In this document: piece by piece, positions 1-11,395 of the stretch
How positions within the stretch are numbered: the stretch's first letter is position 1
Layout of the letters: every line of letters starts with the position of its first letter
Program-made: the position numbers and the translations under genes
The notes under the pieces: model-generated
What the model was told of the DNA's origin: nothing
Databases searched by the model: none
Seen by the model: only the letters and a program-made list of their open reading frames with translations
NCBI GenBank assembly: GCA_963667255.1
Contig: OY762940.1
Span: 96,001 to 160,000 of the forward strand
Direction of reading: 5' to 3'
DNA from: Candidatus Cloacimonadota bacterium
GTDB lineage: Bacteria > Cloacimonadota > Cloacimonadia > G963667145
DNA length: 64,000 nt

Positions 1-137
1 GCGTAATTGAAAGCGTCCGCCAAGTAACTGACTCCGAAAAAAGCGGTGAAAATAATGTCTCGCACCAAGCCCAAAACTCTGGAAATCATCACAGCCACGG
101 ACATTGAGCCTACTTTTCGTAAAATTTTGCCACTCAT
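1..137 (-). CDS. murJ: Lipid II flippase MurJ/MviN, N-terminus (continues beyond the window)
   Basis: Manual translation from ATG at 137: MSGKILRKVGSMSVAVMISRVLGLVRDIIFTAFFGVSYLADAFNY; the SRVLGLVRD...ADAF pattern is the MurJ N-terminal signature. Confidence 0.9.
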   Translation of the reverse strand, partial: MSGKILRKVGSMSVAVMISRVLGLVRDIIFTAFFGVSYLADAFNY

Positions 138-142
138 CTCAA

Positions 143-1639
143 TCAGTAAATTAATTTCTCTCCAGGATGCAAAACATAAGTTTGTTCCAAACGGTTAATG
201 TTTATCAAATAGTTCGGAGAGACATTCAACTTTTTAGCAACATCTTTTAAACTATCGCCCTTACGCACTTTATAAAATTTTTTCTCCCCATACACATAGT
301 CACCCTTGATATGCCTGCCGTTGATAGTCAAAATTTGTCCGGGGAAAATTCTATTGCTCTTTAATTTGTTGTCCTTACGAATTACATTGGTATAAGTCTT
401 AAACTTCTTGGCAATTTTTACCAAATCATCGCCCTTTTCCACGCGATAATAGATATTAATCTTGTCATTTTTTTTAGCAAGCTCGGCTTCCACTTCCTTT
501 AGCAAACTAAAATTCGGCTTGGCACTTCTCGGTATCCAAAACTCATACTCGCCAAATGGCAAAATAATGTTATTCACTTTTGCATAGCGACTTCTCTGTC
601 GTTTATATATCTTAATCCAAAAATTGTTTTCCCAAACAGTGCTGATATTTGTCCCTTGAGCCACAGCCCATTTGTCCAGATTATGATACCCTCGCAAAGT
701 CAATTTTATCCGCTTAAATTGCTCATCAATCGGCGGTTCTCGTTTCAAAAGCTCACCAAAAATATCTTTTTCATACTCAAAAATAATTTTGATAGCCACA
801 GCACGCCACACATAACGATTAGTCTCCTCAGCCTGCATTATCAGTTCGGAAAAAGATTTTCCACCCTGCTGTTTTATCGCATTGTTAATGCTTCGCAAAC
901 CGGCATTGTAAGCACACATCGCTAGTAGCCAACTATCCGCTCCTTTTTTGGCAAAATAGCTTTTGTTGAATTTCAAGAGGTTAATCGCCGCTCTGGTGGA
1001 TTTGTATAAGTCTCGGCGTTCATCCACAAAATTATCTATCCTGAGGTTATACTCTTTTGCCGTAGAGGGCATAAACTGCCAAATCCCCTCAGCTCCAGCC
1101 CAAGAACGAGCCATTGGGTTTAGAGCACTCTCCGCCACAGCCAAATATTTCAAATCAAAAGGAACATTCTCTTCGGCAAAAATCCTCTCAAACAGTGGGA
1201 AATAAACACCACTTCTGGAGATATAAGTTCGGGCATTTTTCAGTTCCTGCTGAAAGATTTTTTCAAACCTCTCTTTGATTTTGGGAGAAGAGATGTCGAT
1301 TCGTTCCCCAGCGAACATCACGACTTTGGGGAGAATAAAGTCCTTATTTCCAATGACTTCGCTCATCTGACGGCTCAAAGCCTCTTTTTCTAAATAGACA
1401 CTATTGAGAGTAGCAATATACTCATCTATGACATTGTTCAATTCGGAAATTTCGGATTCTTGTTCTTCTATCAACTCTCGCAAAATTTTCAGAGAATCTC
1501 TTAAAGAATAGAGATACCTTTCATCAGTAAGTGATAAATCCGAAGAATCGGACACACGCCCTTGCACATTTGCATTTTGTTTGCACGCAGACACCAAGAA
1601 TAAGAAAAAACAAAAAACAACAAGAAACTCTTTTTTCAT
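143..1639 (-). CDS. MltD-like lytic transglycosylase lipoprotein with C-terminal LysM domains
   Basis: Lipobox VSAC, coiled coil, SLT motifs AVAESAL, GIWQFMP, AYNAG; LysM repeats YRVEKGD, YKVRKGDSL. Confidence 0.88.
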   Translation of the reverse strand: MKKEFLVVFCFFLFLVSACKQNANVQGRVSDSSDLSLTDERYLYSLRDSLKILRELIEEQESEISELNNVIDEYIATLNSVYLEKEALSRQMSEVIGNKDFILPKVVMFAGERIDISSPKIKERFEKIFQQELKNARTYISRSGVYFPLFERIFAEENVPFDLKYLAVAESALNPMARSWAGAEGIWQFMPSTAKEYNLRIDNFVDERRDLYKSTRAAINLLKFNKSYFAKKGADSWLLAMCAYNAGLRSINNAIKQQGGKSFSELIMQAEETNRYVWRAVAIKIIFEYEKDIFGELLKREPPIDEQFKRIKLTLRGYHNLDKWAVAQGTNISTVWENNFWIKIYKRQRSRYAKVNNIILPFGEYEFWIPRSAKPNFSLLKEVEAELAKKNDKINIYYRVEKGDDLVKIAKKFKTYTNVIRKDNKLKSNRIFPGQILTINGRHIKGDYVYGEKKFYKVRKGDSLKDVAKKLNVSPNYLININRLEQTYVLHPGEKLIY

Positions 1640-1654
1640 CGAAACGACTGTTTA

Positions 1655-3178
1655 CTAACTTCTTACTCTTAGAAGTTGACCAACCTGAATTTTGTCAGAT
1701 TGCAAGCCGTTAAGGCGTTTCAAAGTGGAAACATAAGTCCTGAATTTTTTCGCAATCTTCAACAACGAATCTCCTGATTGAACTCGATAATAGTTGCCTT
1801 TTGTTGCCACATAGCGTTGTCCCACTTGGATTTTCAGCTTTTGCCCAATTCTAATCATCGTTCCGCTTATGTTGTTGATAGCCTTGATAGCAGCAACACT
1901 TGTCCTGTATTTAGAGGCAATAGAACCCAAATTATCGCCTTTTTGCACTCTGTATGTAATCAGCATATTTCCTTTGGACAACAATTTCTTCTCCGCAGCA
2001 GCAACCAACGCCATATTAGGCTGAGCACTCTTTTCCACCAAAATTGTATAATCCCCGGGAGGCAAAATAACATTATTAACCTTAGAATACCTGCTACGAC
2101 GCATCTTATACATCTTTATCCAATAGTTATCAAGCCAAATATCGCGAATATTCGTCCCCTGTGCAATAGCCCACTCGTTGAGCGTGTGGTAACCCTTCAG
2201 ATGCACTTCGACCATTTTCATTTTATCAAAAATAGACTCCTGAAGTTCAAATTTTTTCCCGAAGAGGTCTTCTTGATTTTCAAAAATCAGCTTAATGGCA
2301 ATGGCTCGCCAAACATATTGGTTGGTTTCGTCGTTCTTCATTATCAGCTCTTCAAAATCTGTGGAACCTTGCCTTTTGATATCTTTTATAACATTCCCCA
2401 CACCCGCATTGTAACTGCAAGCCGTCAAAAGCCAATCGTTGCAATCGTATTTTTGGAGAAGTTTGTAACTCTGGAGCAAATAATCGGCAGCTGCATTGGT
2501 CGAAAGAAAAATGTCCCTTCGTTGGTCAACATAAGAGTTTATTTGCAATTTATACATTCTTCCTGTGGCAGGCATAAACTGCCAAATACCGTCAGCTCCA
2601 GCCCAAGAGTGAGCAATGGGATTTAGACAGCTCTCCGCTACCGCAAGATATTTGATGTCCTCAGGAACTCCCTTCTCGCGAAAAACCTGCTCAAACAAAG
2701 GAAAATAGTAACCGCTTCTCGGAATATATTTGTGAGCGAATTTCAGTTCGTTATTGAAAATCTTTTGAAATTTGTCCCTAATCCTCGGACGAGAAATATC
2801 TATCCAATCTCCGGCAAACTTGACACGATCCGGCAAACTGAAACCAGTATTTATCTGGGCAATGCTGAGAGCTAATTCCAATTGCTCCTGCACCTTATCA
2901 TTCTTCCCGAGAGACTCTTCCAACTGTTTGGACAAAGCGTCAATCTCATCATTGAGCATCTCTATCGTCCTGTCCTTTTCCACTAATTCCTTGTCCTTTT
3001 CATCCAAAACCACAGAAATCTCTCTAATCGGCTCAAAATTTACATTCGTCGTTGCAAGAACCTCCTCAATCTCTTGAAAATACTCTTTGCTCAGAGGTTG
3101 CTCCACCTGTTGAACAGCACATCCGAAAAGGGAAATAATGCCCAAAATTACTAAAAAACTTCTCTTAAAAAACGCCAT
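1655..3178 (-). CDS. MltD-like lytic transglycosylase lipoprotein with LysM domains (paralog)
   Basis: LFGC lipobox, AVAESCL, GIWQFMP, SYNAG, two LysM domains; start set at the second Met. Confidence 0.88.
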   Translation of the reverse strand: MAFFKRSFLVILGIISLFGCAVQQVEQPLSKEYFQEIEEVLATTNVNFEPIREISVVLDEKDKELVEKDRTIEMLNDEIDALSKQLEESLGKNDKVQEQLELALSIAQINTGFSLPDRVKFAGDWIDISRPRIRDKFQKIFNNELKFAHKYIPRSGYYFPLFEQVFREKGVPEDIKYLAVAESCLNPIAHSWAGADGIWQFMPATGRMYKLQINSYVDQRRDIFLSTNAAADYLLQSYKLLQKYDCNDWLLTACSYNAGVGNVIKDIKRQGSTDFEELIMKNDETNQYVWRAIAIKLIFENQEDLFGKKFELQESIFDKMKMVEVHLKGYHTLNEWAIAQGTNIRDIWLDNYWIKMYKMRRSRYSKVNNVILPPGDYTILVEKSAQPNMALVAAAEKKLLSKGNMLITYRVQKGDNLGSIASKYRTSVAAIKAINNISGTMIRIGQKLKIQVGQRYVATKGNYYRVQSGDSLLKIAKKFRTYVSTLKRLNGLQSDKIQVGQLLRVRS

Positions 3179-3205
3179 ATCCAAAAAAATCCTCCACAAT
3201 TTCAT

Positions 3206-4123
3206 CTATATAAACCTCAAATCCACAGGAGCAAGCAATCTCCCATTCTCCACAAACTCTTGCCAAACTTCCAAAGTCTCTTCACTCATCCTGTCCTTAG
3301 CACCGGCAGTATATGCCCCCGTATGAGGAGTAAGATAAACATTGGTGTATCGCTGCAAAATCTCCGCCTTAGTCGGCTCTATCGAGAAAACATCCAAAGC
3401 CACACCTCTTATTTTTCCGCTATCAAGCCCACAAACCACAGCATCCTCATTCACTACACTCCCTCTTGCCACATTCAACAAAAAAAGAGGATTTTTTATC
3501 AACTCCAAACTGCCAAAATCAAAATAGTGATAAGTCTCGGAATATAGCGGACAATGAAAACTCACCATATTGCACCACAACAAACCTTCCTCATAAGAAC
3601 ACATCGCAAATTTTTTAGCCGATTTCCCCTCTACAAAAGGGTCAACACATTTTACCTTGGCACCTATATTCAGCAAAAAGTTCGCAACCCTGCTTCCAAC
3701 TCGACCAACTCCAACAACCAGCACTCTAAGGTCAGAAAATTCCAAATTTTCAGTCAACCTATTTTTCCAACTTCCGCTCATAATTGCGTTTCGCCCAGGC
3801 TGATGACCCTTGATTAATGCCATCATCAAAGAAATCGTATGCTCAAAAGCGGAAAAAGAATTAGCCTCGGGAGTGTTGCACACAGCCACATCTCGCAGTA
3901 GAGCCTCTTGCACATCGATATTGTCGAAGCCACTGCCGGCACGGATTATCAGCTTGAGTTTGGGAAACTCGTCCAGCAACTTTTTATCGAATTGAACACT
4001 CGTTCGGATGATTGCTATTTGACTTTCGGGATTAACTTTTTCCACAAAAGAGGAAGACAGTTTTTTCGTCTCAACCAACTGCCAAAATTTATCCGGCATC
4101 TTTTCCAATACAGAAGTCAGCAT
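3206..4123 (-). CDS. D-isomer-specific 2-hydroxyacid dehydrogenase (SerA-like, no ACT domain)
   Basis: RAGSGFDNID, GVGRVG, NVARG, LDVF..EP, TPHTG motifs. Confidence 0.85.
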   Translation of the reverse strand: MLTSVLEKMPDKFWQLVETKKLSSSFVEKVNPESQIAIIRTSVQFDKKLLDEFPKLKLIIRAGSGFDNIDVQEALLRDVAVCNTPEANSFSAFEHTISLMMALIKGHQPGRNAIMSGSWKNRLTENLEFSDLRVLVVGVGRVGSRVANFLLNIGAKVKCVDPFVEGKSAKKFAMCSYEEGLLWCNMVSFHCPLYSETYHYFDFGSLELIKNPLFLLNVARGSVVNEDAVVCGLDSGKIRGVALDVFSIEPTKAEILQRYTNVYLTPHTGAYTAGAKDRMSEETLEVWQEFVENGRLLAPVDLRFI

Positions 4124-4129
4124 AACCTA

Positions 4130-5563
4130 TTACAGTCTAAAAAAATTCTCAATAATTCTACTCGGGGTAATCGCAGGTGTCGCAAATTTCGTAGCCAACT
4201 TCTCCGCAGTATCGCCCACAAGGTGAGCAGCACCCAAACAAGCGGAGTCCAAATCAAGCCCTTGAGCCGCAAACGAAGCTATCGCCCCTGCCAAAACATC
4301 GCCACTGCCACCAGTCGCAAGCCCATCGTTCCCTTTGTTGATAAACCAAATCTTTGCCCCAGAGCAAAACAGAGAAACATGAGATTTCAACAAAACTTTG
4401 CACCCGAACTCCGCCACAAAATTTTTGAGCAAACCAATTGGATTTTGCAAAACTTCTTGCGAGGTCTTCCCGCACAATCTGGCAAACTCTCCTATGTGCG
4501 GCGTGAGAACAGCACCTTTTACTTTTTTCAAAAGCTCTCTATTCTCTGCCAAAGTATTCAGTCCGTCAGCATCAATTATCAATTTACCGTCAAAATTGTC
4601 CAAAATAAATTCCACAACTTCCACATTTTGTGTGCCAAGACCGGGACCAATCAAAACAGCATCAGCGGTTTTAGCTCTATCCAAAAAATCAAAATTTCTG
4701 GTCATCACCTCGGTCAACGACATCTCAAAAATCTCTTCCATACCTTTCGGATGATAGAGCGTAATCAACCCCGCACCACTGTGCAGAGCCGACCGAGAAC
4801 ACAAAACAGCAGCACCACTGTAACCGGCAGAACCCGCCACAATAGCGAGATTGCCATAAGTTCCCTTGTGAGCCACAGGGCTTCTAACAGGCAAAATTTG
4901 CTCATCCAAATATGCGAACTTATCTGAAGAATCTGACAATTCACTATCGGGAATCCCAATAGGCACAACCATCAACTCTCCGCAAACCTCTTTCCCCCTC
5001 CCCAAAAAATGTCCGGGCTTAGCCGCTGCCATAGTCAAAGTCAAATCGGCATGCACACAGCACTCACTCAATCCGTTATCAGCACCCAGTCCGCTGGGAA
5101 TGTCGATGGAAACTATTTTGGCAAAAGAAAAATTGATTAGCTCAACCATCTCTTTCAATTCTCCCTCAAGAGTTCCCCGAAACCCAATCCCCAAAAGAGC
5201 ATCAACTATCAAATCGAACCCAATAGAATAGTCGGAATTGTCTAAAATTTTCAAGCCCAACTTTTCGCAGGCTTTGTAATTTTCGGCAGTTTCAGAAGAA
5301 AATTTTTGTTTATCCCCAACAACCAAAATTGAAACATCGTAACCATATTTGTAGAGCCAACGAGCAACGACAAAGCCGTCTCCACCATTGTTTCCCACAC
5401 CACACACCACAAGCACGGTAACGCCAAATTTTTTCTGATGAATAATATCGGCACATCCTTTGCCGGCATTCTCCATCAAAACTCGAGACGGCAAAAAATA
5501 CTCGCTCATAGTCAAACTATCCAACCGCCTCATCTCGTCTTTGCTTACAATATACATCTGCAA
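4130..5563 (-). CDS. nnr: Bifunctional NAD(P)H-hydrate epimerase/dehydratase
   Basis: LMENAG, GNNGGDG, DIPSG, HKGTYG, DADGL, TPHIGE, GSGDVLAG. Confidence 0.93.
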   Translation of the reverse strand: MQMYIVSKDEMRRLDSLTMSEYFLPSRVLMENAGKGCADIIHQKKFGVTVLVVCGVGNNGGDGFVVARWLYKYGYDVSILVVGDKQKFSSETAENYKACEKLGLKILDNSDYSIGFDLIVDALLGIGFRGTLEGELKEMVELINFSFAKIVSIDIPSGLGADNGLSECCVHADLTLTMAAAKPGHFLGRGKEVCGELMVVPIGIPDSELSDSSDKFAYLDEQILPVRSPVAHKGTYGNLAIVAGSAGYSGAAVLCSRSALHSGAGLITLYHPKGMEEIFEMSLTEVMTRNFDFLDRAKTADAVLIGPGLGTQNVEVVEFILDNFDGKLIIDADGLNTLAENRELLKKVKGAVLTPHIGEFARLCGKTSQEVLQNPIGLLKNFVAEFGCKVLLKSHVSLFCSGAKIWFINKGNDGLATGGSGDVLAGAIASFAAQGLDLDSACLGAAHLVGDTAEKLATKFATPAITPSRIIENFFRL

Positions 5564-5566
5564 ACT

Positions 5567-6193
5567 CTACTTTGTTCCAAAAATTTTATCTCCGGCATCG
5601 CCCAATCCGGGCAAAATATAGCCGTTCTCGTTCAATTTTTCGTCCAAAGCGGCAACATAAATCTCAACATCGGGGTGAACTTTTTCCACTTTAGCGACAC
5701 CTTCTGGAGCTGCCACCAAAAAAATCCCCTTGATGTGCTTACAACCTGTGGCTTTCAGAGCATCGATAGTGGCTATGAGCGTAGAACCGGTAGCCAACAT
5801 TGGGTCTAAAATCAACGCAACTCTCTCACTCATCGACTTCGCAAATTTCTCAAAATATTTTACGGCTTTCAGAGTTTTCTCATCTCTATAAAAACCGACC
5901 ACGCTTATCTTGGCAGAAGGAATAATATCTATCACGCCATCCATCATCCCGATACCAGCACGAAGAATAGGCACAATGGTAATTTTCTTCCCCTTGATTT
6001 GTTGCACGGTAGTAGTCCCTGCCCAAGTTTTGATTACCTTGCTCTCCAACTCCAAATCGGCGGTAGCTTTATATGTAAGAAAGTGAGCTATTTCCGCAGA
6101 AAGCTCCCTGAACTCTTTTGTGGAAATATCTCTGTGCCTCAAAATCCCCAATTTGTGCTTGATAAGCGGATGTGTCTCTATGTGAACTAACAT
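5567..6193 (-). CDS. upp: Uracil phosphoribosyltransferase
   Basis: [37 protein letters not shown] before ATG 6193. Confidence 0.96.
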   Translation of the reverse strand: MLVHIETHPLIKHKLGILRHRDISTKEFRELSAEIAHFLTYKATADLELESKVIKTWAGTTTVQQIKGKKITIVPILRAGIGMMDGVIDIIPSAKISVVGFYRDEKTLKAVKYFEKFAKSMSERVALILDPMLATGSTLIATIDALKATGCKHIKGIFLVAAPEGVAKVEKVHPDVEIYVAALDEKLNENGYILPGLGDAGDKIFGTK

Positions 6194-6236
6194 ATCTAAC
6201 CTCCTGTTATTCGTAGTAATTGACAAATCTTTCTTG

Positions 6237-7226
6237 TCAACTGTTTTTTAATACCCTTACCTCAAACTCTCCGTATCTCTTTTTTAGCTTGTTCAGCAAA
6301 TAGTTCCCATATCCGTAAATATAAGAAGTTTTGCTTTGCTCTATCTCCAAAACAGACAGTTCGCCCTCGTATTTTTTCAAAACTTCTTCGTAAAATTTTT
6401 CTATTTTAACCAGTTCGCCAAACGACGGATGATAAGGACCGGCAACCACTTGACTTGCATCAAGTCCAACATCGGAATGTAAACCGATTTTGATTACACG
6501 GATTTCTCTGGCTTCCAACTCGGCACACCAGTAGCTGCACAAATCCAATGCAGTTTGCAAATCAGGAGGAGAATATTCCCCCTCGTAATAGTAATCGGCT
6601 AATTTCGTCGATGCCAAAACAATCGTGGGATAAATCCGCACTTCTTCAGGTTGCAACTCCAAAGTTGTCTGCAAGGTCAAAGCCAAACTCTCGTCACTCC
6701 ACCCGAGCAAAAACGGCATCAATTGCACAGTCACTGCAAATCCCGCTTCTTTCAAAATCAGAATGGCTGCGATTGCCTGCTCACGATTATAACCTCTGCA
6801 AGAGCTTTTCAGCACCTCATCCGAAAAAGATTGGATGCCCAGTTCCACGGTAGCGACGCCATATTTTTTGAATAAATCCAAACTCTCTTGGCTCAAACAA
6901 TCGGGACGAGTTGACAAGCGAATAGTATCGCAATCTGCCAATCTTGACCTGGCAATCCTCAAATATTGTTCCTGCTCAGCCAAAGGCAAAGCCGAAAATG
7001 TTCCCCCAAAAAAAGCCACCTCTTTTTGAGAATCTTCGTTATTCAGAACAAAATTCTCAATCAGTTGAGAAATTTGAGAAAAATCCAAAGGCTGATTTTG
7101 GGCAGTAATAGTCTGTTGCTGACAATATATGCAGCGAAACGGACAGCCCGAAAAAGGCAAAAAAATAGGAAGCCTAATAGCTCCCTTTAATTTTCGTCTT
7201 CGTTTTTCTTTTTCAGTTTTCGCCAT
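6237..7226 (-). CDS. Radical SAM protein (ELP3/YhcC-like)
   Basis: CxxxCxxC (CPFRCIYC), [26 protein letters not shown]; overlaps the end of rnc, exact start uncertain. Confidence 0.85.
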   Translation of the reverse strand: MAKTEKEKRRRKLKGAIRLPIFLPFSGCPFRCIYCQQQTITAQNQPLDFSQISQLIENFVLNNEDSQKEVAFFGGTFSALPLAEQEQYLRIARSRLADCDTIRLSTRPDCLSQESLDLFKKYGVATVELGIQSFSDEVLKSSCRGYNREQAIAAILILKEAGFAVTVQLMPFLLGWSDESLALTLQTTLELQPEEVRIYPTIVLASTKLADYYYEGEYSPPDLQTALDLCSYWCAELEAREIRVIKIGLHSDVGLDASQVVAGPYHPSFGELVKIEKFYEEVLKKYEGELSVLEIEQSKTSYIYGYGNYLLNKLKKRYGEFEVRVLKNS

Positions 7227-7957
7227 ACATCTTTGGCAGCTTTCTGTTGAGCCGCCTTTTTATTCACTCCGGAACCTTTGCCGATAAATTTATCATCAAA
7301 ATAGACCTCAACAAAAAATCGCTTGTTGTGTTCCGGACCTTTTTCGTCCACAACCTTATATTCGGGCAACGCCCTAAACTTCCCTTGATAATACTCTTGA
7401 ACCAAACTCTTGTAATTTTGCAAGTAGTCTCTGGTAACCTCTTTCTCAAAATTTTTCAGACATTTCTTGTTAACGAACTTTCTCGCTTCCTCTATTCCAC
7501 CGTCCAAATAAATCGCACAGACCAAAGATTCCACAGCATCGGAGAGGATAGATTCCCTCTCTCTGCCACCACTTTTGCTCTCATCATCAGACAAAAAAAG
7601 CGTGTCGCCAAGTTGAAGACTCCTAGCAATATGAGCCAAATATTTCTCCGACTCCACTTTGGACTTCAGCTTCGACAAGTATCCCTCTTTCTTGGTTGGG
7701 TATTTATTAAATAGACACTCCGCCACCAAGAAACCCAAAATCGCATCGCCAAAAAACTCCATTCTCTCGAACGAGCCCAACTTGCTATCCGACTTTCGCA
7801 CATAGGACAAATGCGTCATAGCCACCTTCAAATAGTTAATATCTTGAAAACAGTATCCTATCTTCTTCTGCAAAATTATCGCTTTTTCACCCCATTCGTC
7901 ATCCAACTGGGGAAATTTGCCTTTACCCTTTCCAAAAAAACTGAGATTAAACTTCAC
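7187..7957 (-). CDS. rnc: Ribonuclease III
   Basis: ERMEFFGDAIL signature, DAVES..AIYLDGG, C-terminal dsRBD. Confidence 0.95.
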   Translation of the reverse strand: MKFNLSFFGKGKGKFPQLDDEWGEKAIILQKKIGYCFQDINYLKVAMTHLSYVRKSDSKLGSFERMEFFGDAILGFLVAECLFNKYPTKKEGYLSKLKSKVESEKYLAHIARSLQLGDTLFLSDDESKSGGRERESILSDAVESLVCAIYLDGGIEEARKFVNKKCLKNFEKEVTRDYLQNYKSLVQEYYQGKFRALPEYKVVDEKGPEHNKRFFVEVYFDDKFIGKGSGVNKKAAQQKAAKDVWRKLKKKNEDEN

Positions 7958-7962
7958 CTATT

Positions 7963-9204
7963 TTAAGCCTTATACCTTTTAAAAATTACAACTCCGTTAT
8001 GTCCGCCGAAGCCGAGAGAATTACTCAAAGCGACATTAATATCCAGCTCTTCCGCACCATTTGCTACATAATCCAAATCACACTCGGGGTCAGGATTTAT
8101 GATATTAATAGTCGGATGAACTTTCCCTGTTTCTATAGACTTGCAACACACTATCGCCTCAATAGCTGCAGCTCCACCCAGCGTGTGTCCAATCATAGAT
8201 TTAGTGGAATTTATTTTCAACTTCTTGGCATGACCACCAAAAACCGTCTTAATAGACTGCGTTTCAGAACTATCATTATACGGAGTGGAAGTTCCGTGAG
8301 CACTAATGTATTGCACCTCTTCCGGTGATACGCCGGCATCAGACAGGGCAGTTTGCATCGCTCTAACTCCACCTTCTCCACCTTCTGCTGGAGCGGTAAT
8401 GTGATAAGCATCACAAGTTGCACCATAGCCGATGACTTCAGCATAAATCTTCGCACCTCTAGCCTTGGCGTGTTCCAACTCCTCAAAAACCAAAACACCT
8501 GCACCTTCTCCGATGATAAATCCGTCCCGCTCTGCATCAAAAGGTCGGCATGCGGTTTTCACATCGTCGTTGCGAGTGGACAGTGCTTTCATCGAGCAAA
8601 ATCCCGCAACTGACAACGGCGTAACAGCAGCCTCCGAGCCTCCGGTAACCACGATGTCGGCATCTCCGTATTGCAGAGCACGATAAGCCGAACCAAGAGC
8701 ATGATTAGCGGATGCACACGCCGAAGAACAAGTAAAATTCGGACCTTTCAAACCAAATTTAATAGCAACACCGGCAGCCGCAGCATTAATAATCATCTTG
8801 GGAATGAACTGCGGAGACACTCTTCTCGGCCCTTTCTCCAACAAAACCTTGGTTTCGTTTTCAAAGGTCTCCATTCCGCCGATACCACATCCCATAATGC
8901 AACCAGCTCTAAAAGAATCGAAATTCTCCTCAGCCAAATTGGCATCCTTCATCGCCTCTTCAGCAGCGACAAGCATATAAATGGAATAAGCGTCCAACTT
9001 TCTGGCCGACTTTTTATCCAAAACCTCTGCAGGATCAAAATTCTTAATCTCTCCAGCCATTTGTGCAGCAAAATCTTCAGGATCAAATTTAGTAATTCTA
9101 TCTATACCATTGGTTCCCTTGAGCATAGCTTCCCAACTCTCCGAAACACTATGACCGACAGAATTAATCGTACCAAGACCTGTAACAACAACTCTCTTTT
9201 TCAT
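7963..9204 (-). CDS. fabF: 3-oxoacyl-ACP synthase II
   Basis: SACAS, AHGTST, KSMIGH, SNSLGFGGHN. Confidence 0.96.
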   Translation of the reverse strand: MKKRVVVTGLGTINSVGHSVSESWEAMLKGTNGIDRITKFDPEDFAAQMAGEIKNFDPAEVLDKKSARKLDAYSIYMLVAAEEAMKDANLAEENFDSFRAGCIMGCGIGGMETFENETKVLLEKGPRRVSPQFIPKMIINAAAAGVAIKFGLKGPNFTCSSACASANHALGSAYRALQYGDADIVVTGGSEAAVTPLSVAGFCSMKALSTRNDDVKTACRPFDAERDGFIIGEGAGVLVFEELEHAKARGAKIYAEVIGYGATCDAYHITAPAEGGEGGVRAMQTALSDAGVSPEEVQYISAHGTSTPYNDSSETQSIKTVFGGHAKKLKINSTKSMIGHTLGGAAAIEAIVCCKSIETGKVHPTINIINPDPECDLDYVANGAEELDINVALSNSLGFGGHNGVVIFKRYKA

Positions 9205-9305
9205 ACCAAATTAATTCTCCTTATAAAAAAATTACAAAAAAATAGTAGCTACTCCTTTGGTGCGAAAAACCATTTTCATTCCCAAAAAAATAGCTACTTA
9301 AAGTT

Positions 9306-9539
9306 TTAACCTAATTTCTCTTTGAGATATTCGATAGATTCTCCAACAGTTTTAAGCTTACCCGCATCTTCATCAGGAATCTCAATATCAAACTCTTCCT
9401 CAAATTTCATAATAAGCTCTACTGTGTCGAGAGAATCTGCACCCAAATCGTCAATATAACTGGCAGAAGGGACAACCTCGGCAGCATCCACATCCAACTC
9501 ATCCACGATAATATCTCTTACTTTAGCTTCAATATCCAT
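9306..9539 (-). CDS. acpP: Acyl carrier protein
   Basis: [13 protein letters not shown]. Confidence 0.97.
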   Translation of the reverse strand: MDIEAKVRDIIVDELDVDAAEVVPSASYIDDLGADSLDTVELIMKFEEEFDIEIPDEDAGKLKTVGESIEYLKEKLG

Positions 9540-9577
9540 TTCCAGTCCTCCTAAATGGTTAACTTCTCTTATTTTTT

Positions 9578-10321
9578 TTATCTCATTACTATCCCACCAT
9601 CAACATTGATGGTTTGACCAGTAATATATCTAGCTCTGTCACTCGATAGAAATAAACACAACTCCGCTACATCGTCCACAGACCCCAAGTATCCGAGGGG
9701 AATAGCAGACTTATAACCACTTACAACCTCTTCCGGCAAACTTTCAGTCATCTCAGTTTGAATAAACCCCGGAGCAACAGCGTTACATCTGATACCACGA
9801 GAACATAGTTCCTTTGCCACAGATTTACTGAAAGCGATAAGACCGCCTTTGCTTGCAGCATAGTTTGACTGTCCAATATTGCCCATAAGCCCTATCACAG
9901 AAGCGATATTAATGATAACGCCCGACTTCTGCTTCATCATTATTTTGCTGACCTTCTGCGTGCTGACAAAAGCACCCTTTAGGTTCACATCCATCACCAT
10001 GTCCCAATCAGTCTCCTTCATCCGCAACAAAAGAGCGTCTCTAGTAACTCCGGCATTATTTATCAAAATATCAACCGAACCAAACTGCCCCTTGACATCA
10101 TCAAAAACCTTGCTCATACTCTCGCCATCGGTAACATCAGCTTTTTTGCCATCAACCGTGCCGAAAGATTTCAAAGAACAAATAGCCTTGTTTACAGCCT
10201 CTTCATCCACATCCACTATGAAAACCTTCGCTCCATTCGTAACAAAGAGTTTCGCTATACCAAGCCCTATCCCTCTGGCTGCACCTGTTATCACCGCTAC
10301 TTTATCTTTCAACATCATCAC
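9578..10321 (-). CDS. fabG: 3-oxoacyl-ACP reductase
   Basis: [17 protein letters not shown]; fab cluster context. Confidence 0.95.
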   Translation of the reverse strand: MMMLKDKVAVITGAARGIGLGIAKLFVTNGAKVFIVDVDEEAVNKAICSLKSFGTVDGKKADVTDGESMSKVFDDVKGQFGSVDILINNAGVTRDALLLRMKETDWDMVMDVNLKGAFVSTQKVSKIMMKQKSGVIINIASVIGLMGNIGQSNYAASKGGLIAFSKSVAKELCSRGIRCNAVAPGFIQTEMTESLPEEVVSGYKSAIPLGYLGSVDDVAELCLFLSSDRARYITGQTINVDGGIVMR

Positions 10322-10322
10322 T

Positions 10323-11285
10323 CTATACTTCGTTCAATTTCGCCACAACTTCAGCGACATCTTCCATCTTAGCAACATTCAAAACTCTCGCTTTTTTGTC
10401 AGTCTTTTTTATCATTCCGCTGACGGCTTTGCCCGGACCAAACTCGATGAAAACATCAACACCTTCATCCAACATTTTTTCCACAGAAGATGTCCACAGC
10501 ACAGCACCATCAACCTGCTTAATCAAATTATCCTTAATCTCTGCCACATCCGTATGCAACTTCGCATCCACATTACTGACTACTGGACAGACACTGTCAT
10601 TAAACTCAATTTTGTCCAACTCTTTTGCCAAATTTTCCGTTGCAGATCTCATCAAAGGACTATGAAACGCACAACTTACCGCCAAAGGAAGTGCTCTCTT
10701 CGCACCCGCAGATTTTGCAAGTTCAGCCACTTTTTGCATAGCCTCCCTATGACCAGAGACGACAACTTGCACAGGAGAATTAAAATTCGCAACCACCGCA
10801 ATCTGCCCACCGACGCTTACCTCTTCACAAATTTTCTCAACAACGCCTATCTCCAGCCCAATAATCGCACACATACCACCATTGCTACCTTCGCCGGCAG
10901 CAGCCATAAATTTGCCTCTCTTATGCACAAGAGACAATGCGTCTTCGATATTCAAAACACCCGAAGACACCAACGCTGAGAACTCGCCAAGTGAATGCCC
11001 TGCAACAAAATTCGGAACAATATCCACTTCACGCAAAAGAGCCCTAAGAGCCAAGCAAGAATGGAACAAAACAGTAGGTTGAGTAAATTCCGTATGTGCC
11101 AATTTTTCCTCAGGTCCATTTTGCATAATGTCCAACAAATCGAACCCCACCTCTTGCGAAAAACTATCAGCAACCTTTCTCATTTCGCCATCTAAGGCGA
11201 TAAAATCCATAGCCATCCCCACATACTGAGAACCTTGACCAGGAAAAACAAAAGCTATTTTTTTATTTTTATACATAAAATTCAC
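10323..11285 (-). CDS. fabD: Malonyl-CoA:ACP transacylase
   Basis: FPGQGSQ, GHSLGE, AFHS. Confidence 0.96.
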   Translation of the reverse strand: MNFMYKNKKIAFVFPGQGSQYVGMAMDFIALDGEMRKVADSFSQEVGFDLLDIMQNGPEEKLAHTEFTQPTVLFHSCLALRALLREVDIVPNFVAGHSLGEFSALVSSGVLNIEDALSLVHKRGKFMAAAGEGSNGGMCAIIGLEIGVVEKICEEVSVGGQIAVVANFNSPVQVVVSGHREAMQKVAELAKSAGAKRALPLAVSCAFHSPLMRSATENLAKELDKIEFNDSVCPVVSNVDAKLHTDVAEIKDNLIKQVDGAVLWTSSVEKMLDEGVDVFIEFGPGKAVSGMIKKTDKKARVLNVAKMEDVAEVVAKLNEV

Positions 11286-11302
11286 CCCTCAAAAGAAACA
11301 TT

Positions 11303-11395
11303 TCAACATTCCTCACAACGAGCATTAATATTATCAAGAACATAAAGACCAATATCTTTTAATCCTATTTGAAATCTTGTCGTTTTTTTTGCCAC
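11303..11395 (-). pseudogene. Probable N-terminal relic of fabH
   Basis: 30-codon frame VAKKTTRFQIGLKDIGLYVLDNINARCEEC resembles the FabH start (GIxGIGxYVPxN) and lies in the usual fabH slot between plsX and fabD. Confidence 0.55.
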
